From Candidatus Daviesbacteria bacterium (GTDB lineage Bacteria; Patescibacteriota; Microgenomatia; Daviesbacterales; UBA10151), in the NCBI GenBank assembly GCA_028715175.1, contig JAQUSJ010000001.1, positions 610,386-674,385 of the forward strand: a DNA stretch of 64,000 nt, written 5' to 3'. Below, piece by piece: positions 58,469-64,000 of the stretch (within the stretch, counting starts at the first letter, position 1; each line of letters begins with the position of its first letter). The translations under genes were made by a program, and so were the position numbers. The notes below the pieces were generated by a model, which was given only the letters and a program-made list of their open reading frames with translations, searched no databases and had not been told where the DNA came from.

Positions 58469-61400
58469 AAAACAAAAGAATTATTTTTCTTAAACTTACA
58501 ATACAGCTTGTTCTACTGTTTATTTTTCTCATTCTGCTTACCCTTGATGTCCCTTTAGTTCAAGCTGATACTAGTTATGTCACACCATTGTATTTACCTG
58601 CCGCAGGTGGTCTCGGATACATACCATGTAATGATGCTAGCGAATGTAATCTGGGCGCTTGTTTTAATAGCCAGGCTGTGGGAGTAACTGATTGTGGACA
58701 ACCTTGTCAAGGTGGAATTACCTGGACAAAATATGACTACTATGGCTGTCAACAAAACTGGATCAATTTTGACACGGGAGAAGAAGAATGTCGACCAATT
58801 TACATTCAAGGCGGTTCTGTCTGTTCTACCGGGGATAAATGCGTCTCAGGAGAAACAGGATTAAGATCTGGAAGCTGTAGTTGTGGCGGTTATAGTTCAA
58901 GCATATACAAGTACTGTTGTACCTCTGCAGGAGCAGCTGAAGCATGCACTACTGCTGGCGCCACTCAAGACAATAATCCTCCACCGGAAGGACGGTGTCC
59001 GGGAGGGTATATTACAGATGAAAATAGAGTAAGAAGTTCTGCTTGTACTGCTTCCCCTACTCCAACCCCTTCCCCTGCACCCATCTGTCAGAATAACTCT
59101 GACTGTGGGACTTGTAGAAGATGCTGTATAAATCCGCCAAGTAACTATTGCTCTACTTTAAACTATGAATGCTCCGGGACTTTAATCCCTGGCTGTGTCA
59201 GCTGTCAGTGCCAGTATAGCCAAACTTGTAACAGCGGGGCAGGAGTCCAGACTTGCAATGGCAGATATAATAGCTCTGGTATTTGTGTCTACTCCTCTCT
59301 CTGTGATCCAAATTGCAGCGAATGCACTTCCTCTTCCAATCCTCCTCCTGCCACCCCTCCTCCTGCTCCTCCCCCTCCTCCTCCCGGATGTTCTTTTTCC
59401 AACTGTGGTGCTTCAGGCTGCCAGCCTGACCAAAGATATGTTTCCGGAACTTGTTCATATGCCTGGTACTTTGGTCCTGCCTGTTACTATGATGCAAGCT
59501 GTGGTGGTGGGGGTGGCGGGGATAATTATGTTGCACCCACCACCGGCCCAAATTGCACTTCCGATGACATCATGTATTTTGATCCTCCAGCCCCTAAACA
59601 AGATCAACCTTTTACGATTAATGTTTTGTCCAAAGGACCCTCGGGAAGGTATCTTTCCATAGCTTTGGATATTACCACCCCTTTAGACCCGGCTGGTGTT
59701 CAGGTAGTCACCTCCCCGTCATACCCGGACATCCCTTCCTTTTATCAGGTCCAGGGTTATCAATACAGCTGGCAATGGCTGATTGGTAAAGCTGAAAGTG
59801 GACCCACTCCCTATCTTTTTGAGTTCAGCATCAATGGCCGCAGCCAATACTGTGTTTCCAATATACTTTATGTTGATCCTCCCAGCATCTCTGCCTGGAT
59901 AAAAGCTTCCGGAGACGTTCACAGCAATGACTGGATAAGAGCTTCCGGTGGACCGGATGCCATTACCTACCAGGGTATAATTTGTCCTGCCCAAAGCCAA
60001 AACCCCAGGGTAACAGGAGGATTAATCACTACTTACGGCTTATCTGATAATTTTGGCAATTCCGAAGCTATCTGTGTGGTGGGCAGTTCTGCTCCTTTTG
60101 CTCCTTTTAAGCTTCTTACTTATGATGATCTAAAATCACTCTACTTTACCCAATCCAAACTTGGTCCGGATCAAAAAATTACTTTGACCGGTAACCAAAC
60201 CCAATCCTCCCTCACAAATCCCATTAACTTATCCTCCCAGGCATTACTACCTCAACCCACTAACTTCCTAGCCAGCTTTAAAAACCTCATCCAAAAACTG
60301 GTTAACCCCATCTCAGAAGTCTTTGCCCAATCAGCGCCTGCCTGTTCCGGGGATATATGTACTGATTGTCTGATCAATAACCAGGGAGATCCAACTGCTT
60401 TTCTTAAGTTTTATGAAGATAATGGCTGGGACATAAGTTGCGGCAGTCAAACAGGCATAATCCAGAATTGGTGTAACGCTACCAGCGAGCAGGCCACAGC
60501 TCAATGCAATTCCATGAAGAGTGGTGTTTGTGCCATAGCATGTGGTAATACCCCCAGTCCAGGCACAAATCAGTTGACCGGTAATCTCTGGGACGGCACT
60601 AATTTTAATACGCCTGATGGCGGCGCCCCATCCGGACCTTCCTTATCAGCTCCGGTTCCTGACACAGCCACAGCCTTAGATCAAAACTGGGGTACCGGTG
60701 CGCCAAACTCCACTGTGGGATCTGATACTTTCTCAGGCAGATGGCAGGGTAACTTTACCTTTAAGGCAGGAACTTACACCTTTTATGCCGGAGCGGATGA
60801 CGGGGTCAGACTGAAAATTGACGGAGTAACCAGGATCAACAGCTGGGTTGATACAGGCTATACTGAGAGAAGCTATACTCAAATATTTTCTTCCCAGGCC
60901 AAACACCTAATCGAGCTTGAATACTATGAAAATGGCGGAGATGCCAGAGTTTCTTTGCGCTGGAGTCATGCAGCGTTTGCCTGTTCCGGGGATACATGCA
61001 CGGATTGTCTGATCAGCAAGCAGGGAGATCCTCCTAATTTCCTCCGGTTTTATCAAAATAATGGCTGGGACATAAGTTGCAGTAACCAGACTGCCATAGT
61101 TGCCAACTGGTGCAACACCACTGATCCTTCAGGCTGTACTGCTTTAAAGTCCGGCAGCTGTGCCACAGCATGTGGTTATGTAGCCCCTACTCCCACACCA
61201 ACCCCTACTCCAACACCTCCTGTACTGGATAAGCTCTATCATATTACCGGAGACTTAACTGTAGAAAGCAACATGACTGTTGGTAAAACAGGAATTATTT
61301 TCATAGATGGCAATTTATCGATTAACACTAATCTGACTCATACAAGTAGTAATGCCGGATTGGTATTGGCGGTAAAAGGAGATGTCACTGTCAATCCTTC

Positions 61401-61677
61401 AGTTACCCGGATTGATGCAGTTATTATCTCTTCCGGGAAAATCTACACTGCAGGTTCCGGCTGCAACCACGGCTCACCTGTGACTGCCAACCAGCTGGTC
61501 ATTAACGGCAGTTTAATATCTTTAGACAGCAACAAAAACATTGAATTTTGCCGGACTCTTGGAAGCAACAACAATACCACCAAGCCGGCCGAACTGATCA
61601 ACAACCAGCCCAAATATCTGGTCATTTTGCGCAATCTCTTTTCCCAAACCTACCAGAAATGGGAAGAAATACCATAA
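58465..61677 (+). CDS. Large secreted Cys-rich protein with PA14 domain and beta-rich C-terminus
   Basis: Signal ...VQA/D, many Cys, Pro linkers, PA14 motifs FSGRW, ADDGVRL, LEYYENGG; ends WEEIP. Confidence 0.8.
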   Translation: MKNKRIIFLKLTIQLVLLFIFLILLTLDVPLVQADTSYVTPLYLPAAGGLGYIPCNDASECNLGACFNSQAVGVTDCGQPCQGGITWTKYDYYGCQQNWINFDTGEEECRPIYIQGGSVCSTGDKCVSGETGLRSGSCSCGGYSSSIYKYCCTSAGAAEACTTAGATQDNNPPPEGRCPGGYITDENRVRSSACTASPTPTPSPAPICQNNSDCGTCRRCCINPPSNYCSTLNYECSGTLIPGCVSCQCQYSQTCNSGAGVQTCNGRYNSSGICVYSSLCDPNCSECTSSSNPPPATPPPAPPPPPPGCSFSNCGASGCQPDQRYVSGTCSYAWYFGPACYYDASCGGGGGGDNYVAPTTGPNCTSDDIMYFDPPAPKQDQPFTINVLSKGPSGRYLSIALDITTPLDPAGVQVVTSPSYPDIPSFYQVQGYQYSWQWLIGKAESGPTPYLFEFSINGRSQYCVSNILYVDPPSISAWIKASGDVHSNDWIRASGGPDAITYQGIICPAQSQNPRVTGGLITTYGLSDNFGNSEAICVVGSSAPFAPFKLLTYDDLKSLYFTQSKLGPDQKITLTGNQTQSSLTNPINLSSQALLPQPTNFLASFKNLIQKLVNPISEVFAQSAPACSGDICTDCLINNQGDPTAFLKFYEDNGWDISCGSQTGIIQNWCNATSEQATAQCNSMKSGVCAIACGNTPSPGTNQLTGNLWDGTNFNTPDGGAPSGPSLSAPVPDTATALDQNWGTGAPNSTVGSDTFSGRWQGNFTFKAGTYTFYAGADDGVRLKIDGVTRINSWVDTGYTERSYTQIFSSQAKHLIELEYYENGGDARVSLRWSHAAFACSGDTCTDCLISKQGDPPNFLRFYQNNGWDISCSNQTAIVANWCNTTDPSGCTALKSGSCATACGYVAPTPTPTPTPTPPVLDKLYHITGDLTVESNMTVGKTGIIFIDGNLSINTNLTHTSSNAGLVLAVKGDVTVNPSVTRIDAVIISSGKIYTAGSGCNHGSPVTANQLVINGSLISLDSNKNIEFCRTLGSNNNTTKPAELINNQPKYLVILRNLFSQTYQKWEEIP

Positions 61678-61755
61678 TAGCTGTCAGTCTTCAGCTATCA
61701 GCTTTCAAACCAGTAACAAAAAGTCTGACGACTGACGACTGAAAGCTGATAACTA
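61678..61755. repeat. Heptamer-hairpin element (copy C)
   Basis: Fills the gap between convergent genes, supplies the dksA-like TAG; may act as a terminator. Confidence 0.88.
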
Positions 61756-62115
61756 TTTCCCGAAATTTTTCTTTGAACAGGCTACACAGTACTGAGCTGT
61801 AGGCATGGCTAAAAGCCTGCCAATCTCAATCTGTTTACCGCAATTCTCACATTTTCCATAAGTGCCGTTCTTAATCTTTTGCAGAGCTACCTTTATACTG
61901 GTTTTAGCATCTGTCAACTTTTTTCCCAACACTATACTTTTACCGTGAGTTTCAGCAATATAAGAATCCGTACCTGGTTCCGAGGATTCTACCAGAGCAG
62001 GTGATTTTGCCGGATCGTCTTCGGTAACAAGCTTTAAATTTTTCTCTACCTCTTTTTGCTGCCTTAAGAGGTGTTTTTGGATAAACTCAAGGGTTTTTTT
62101 AGGAAAATTTGACAT
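61753..62115 (-). CDS. TraR/DksA C4-type zinc finger protein
   Basis: ALQKIKNGTYGKCENCG, RLLAMPTAQYCVAC. Confidence 0.88.
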   Translation of the reverse strand: MSNFPKKTLEFIQKHLLRQQKEVEKNLKLVTEDDPAKSPALVESSEPGTDSYIAETHGKSIVLGKKLTDAKTSIKVALQKIKNGTYGKCENCGKQIEIGRLLAMPTAQYCVACSKKNFGK

Positions 62116-62986
62116 TTGATCTCCGCAATATCTTCTTCAGATTCCGTAATCTCCAACCAATTGCCGTTTTTTGATTATACCAAGTTTTGCTTAAAGTTTG
62201 TACAACATCTTTTCTGGTATCGGGATCAGTAAAAAACTTTATTAAAAATTGTCCTAAAATTTTCAAATGCTCTATTGGGGTTTGTTTATTAAGACGGTAA
62301 AAAATAGTAGCTCCCAGAAGTATAAAAACTACCGAAAATATTACTCCCGAGTGATCCTGCCTGAAAGGCTCAAGAACCAGTTTAGAGATTCCAATATAGA
62401 CAAGTGCCAAACTCACTATCTTGCCCCTTTGATGAAAATGGGTCGCCTGGGACCAAACGTTTACCAAACTTACGGTTAAAAATAACGCCTCCATGATTTG
62501 AATAGGCCACCTTTTACCTATGCTTCCTATCATAGTTACTGCAAAAAATGCTTTGGAAGAAGAACCAACATCGCATCCTCCTAAAAAACAGCCGATATCG
62601 GACATGATTAACCCCCCCAATAGCCCAACTACGGCAATATCAGCCAATTGCCAAAAATTCAGGCGTTTCCGCCTGGCAAGGAAATATAGGGTAAGCCAGC
62701 CACCCAAAATCCCGCCCCAAAAAGACAGTCCCGGAGCTTTATTAATCAAAATCAGGTCCAAAGGCGAGCTAAAATCTTGCAGGTGCTCTATTGCAAAATA
62801 AATCCTTGCGCCTAAAAGTCCCCCCAAGAACGTGAGAAGCGTTATATCCAAAGTTTTTTCTTCATCCAACTCCCAGGCGCGGCCTAATCTCCAAACCAAA
62901 AAAATACCTAACAAAAACCCCATTGCCAAAAATACCCCAAATGAAGATAAGGGGTAGCGGCCAATAGAAAATAGTACCGGAAACAT
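62099..62986 (-). CDS. lgt: Prolipoprotein diacylglyceryl transferase-like
   Basis: MFPVLF, LGARIYF, GLSFWGG, IGCFLGG, PIQIME. Confidence 0.75.
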   Translation of the reverse strand: MFPVLFSIGRYPLSSFGVFLAMGFLLGIFLVWRLGRAWELDEEKTLDITLLTFLGGLLGARIYFAIEHLQDFSSPLDLILINKAPGLSFWGGILGGWLTLYFLARRKRLNFWQLADIAVVGLLGGLIMSDIGCFLGGCDVGSSSKAFFAVTMIGSIGKRWPIQIMEALFLTVSLVNVWSQATHFHQRGKIVSLALVYIGISKLVLEPFRQDHSGVIFSVVFILLGATIFYRLNKQTPIEHLKILGQFLIKFFTDPDTRKDVVQTLSKTWYNQKTAIGWRLRNLKKILRRSNVKFS

Positions 62987-63050
62987 ATGCTTGAGGTTAC
63001 CATACTTTAAGGGTTTGAATCAAATTGACAAAACGTGATACACTGAGTGA

Positions 63051-63127
63051 TAGCTTTCAGCCATCAGTCTTCAGCTTTCAGATTTTTTTGAGTTATCTAA
63101 CGACTGATAGCTGACATCTGACGACTA
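63051..63127. repeat. Heptamer-hairpin element (copy D)
   Basis: Same CAGYYWT arrays inverted around a loop, just upstream of ATG 63134. Confidence 0.85.
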
Positions 63128-63133
63128 TTACAA

Positions 63134-63577
63134 ATGACCGCTACCACACATGCACTTATTGGAGGGGTAATTACCCAATATGTTCCGGATCCGACCATAG
63201 GAATATCCCTTTCTGCCATTTCTCACCCGATTGTAGACATAATTCCCCATTGGGATTTTGGTTTAGGCTGGAAAAGTAAAAAAAAAGCATTGCTTTTTTG
63301 TCAAACCAGCGCTGATTTTATTTTTGGAGTTATCTTAACTTTCTTAATTTTTGGCAATACCACAAATCATTTATACCTCCTCATCTGCATACTTATCTCC
63401 GAATCCTGGGATATTTTACAAATGCCGTATTTACTGCTAAATTGGAAATTCTTACCTTTTTCGGCGTTTTACCACGTTGGAAGTGCTACAAATAATAAAG
63501 CTGGCATGTTCTGGGGTGTTATTTCGCAAATTGCAACTGTCGGAGTATTAGTTTTAATTCTTAGAACTATTCACTAA
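63134..63577 (+). CDS. Membrane-bound metal-dependent hydrolase-like protein
   Basis: THALIG, SHPIVDIIPHWD, hydrophobic helices. Confidence 0.65.
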   Translation: MTATTHALIGGVITQYVPDPTIGISLSAISHPIVDIIPHWDFGLGWKSKKKALLFCQTSADFIFGVILTFLIFGNTTNHLYLLICILISESWDILQMPYLLLNWKFLPFSAFYHVGSATNNKAGMFWGVISQIATVGVLVLILRTIH

Positions 63578-64000
63578 TTCTTGAAGAAACGCGCTAAATT
63601 CTTCACCTATCTCAGGATGAGATCTGGCCAGCTCTACTACTGTTTTCATATACTCCAGCTTGTTTCCGGTATCATAATACTTGCCGTTTTCAATCTCTAC
63701 GGCATAAATCGGAACTCCTTCGTCACGTAACATATTGATGGCATCAACCAGCCAAATTTCCCCGTTTTGACCAGGATTGAGCCGCTTAAGCGCGCCAAAT
63801 ATCTCCGGAGGCAGAATATAAGCCCCATGAGTGGCAATGTTGGAAGGTGCCTGCTCCGGATTGGGTTTTTCCACAATGGCCTTAATTTTATAAACATTTC
63901 CTTCCACCGGTTCCAAATCAGCGATACCATAACGGCTTAAATCTTCTTTTTTTTGAATCTTAACACCCGAAATAACAATACCCCCATATTTCTCGTGAAC
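63554..64000 (-). CDS. galU: UTP--glucose-1-phosphate uridylyltransferase, 3' part
   Basis: SRYGI, VEKP..APSN, GEIWLVDAI, YDTGNK; frame open to window end. Confidence 0.88.
   Translation of the reverse strand, partial: VHEKYGGIVISGVKIQKKEDLSRYGIADLEPVEGNVYKIKAIVEKPNPEQAPSNIATHGAYILPPEIFGALKRLNPGQNGEIWLVDAINMLRDEGVPIYAVEIENGKYYDTGNKLEYMKTVVELARSHPEIGEEFSAFLQELVNSSKN

Overview
Chromosomal segment of a small-genome bacterium. Gene content, sparse Shine-Dalgarno use and protein style suggest Patescibacteria/CPR, probably Microgenomates (inference). TGA acts as stop. Contents in order: archaeal-type tyrS; recG-rpmF-nusB-acp-rnc; rpsP-khpA-trmD; a REP-flanked RAYT/Y1 transposase; a 14.5 kb type IV pilus cluster; holB-like; gyrB and gyrA split by a murC-murI-murD-alr-ddl block; a P-type ATPase; a cohesin-cohesin-dockerin surface-protein trio between an intact and an apparently catalytically dead tyrosine recombinase; a ~900 bp non-coding stretch with possible long-range RNA structure; ruvC-yebC; a palindrome-flanked GIY-YIG nuclease; two toxin-antitoxin pairs; a two-component system; two M23-like genes sharing an identical 439 bp block; a giant Cys-rich/PA14 protein; dksA-like, lgt and partial galU. 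The most striking pattern is that several families of small palindromic and heptamer-hairpin elements fill intergenic gaps, supply stop codons and sit in frame inside about a dozen core genes. No rRNA, tRNA or CRISPR array was recognised. All calls were made by eye, without database searches.
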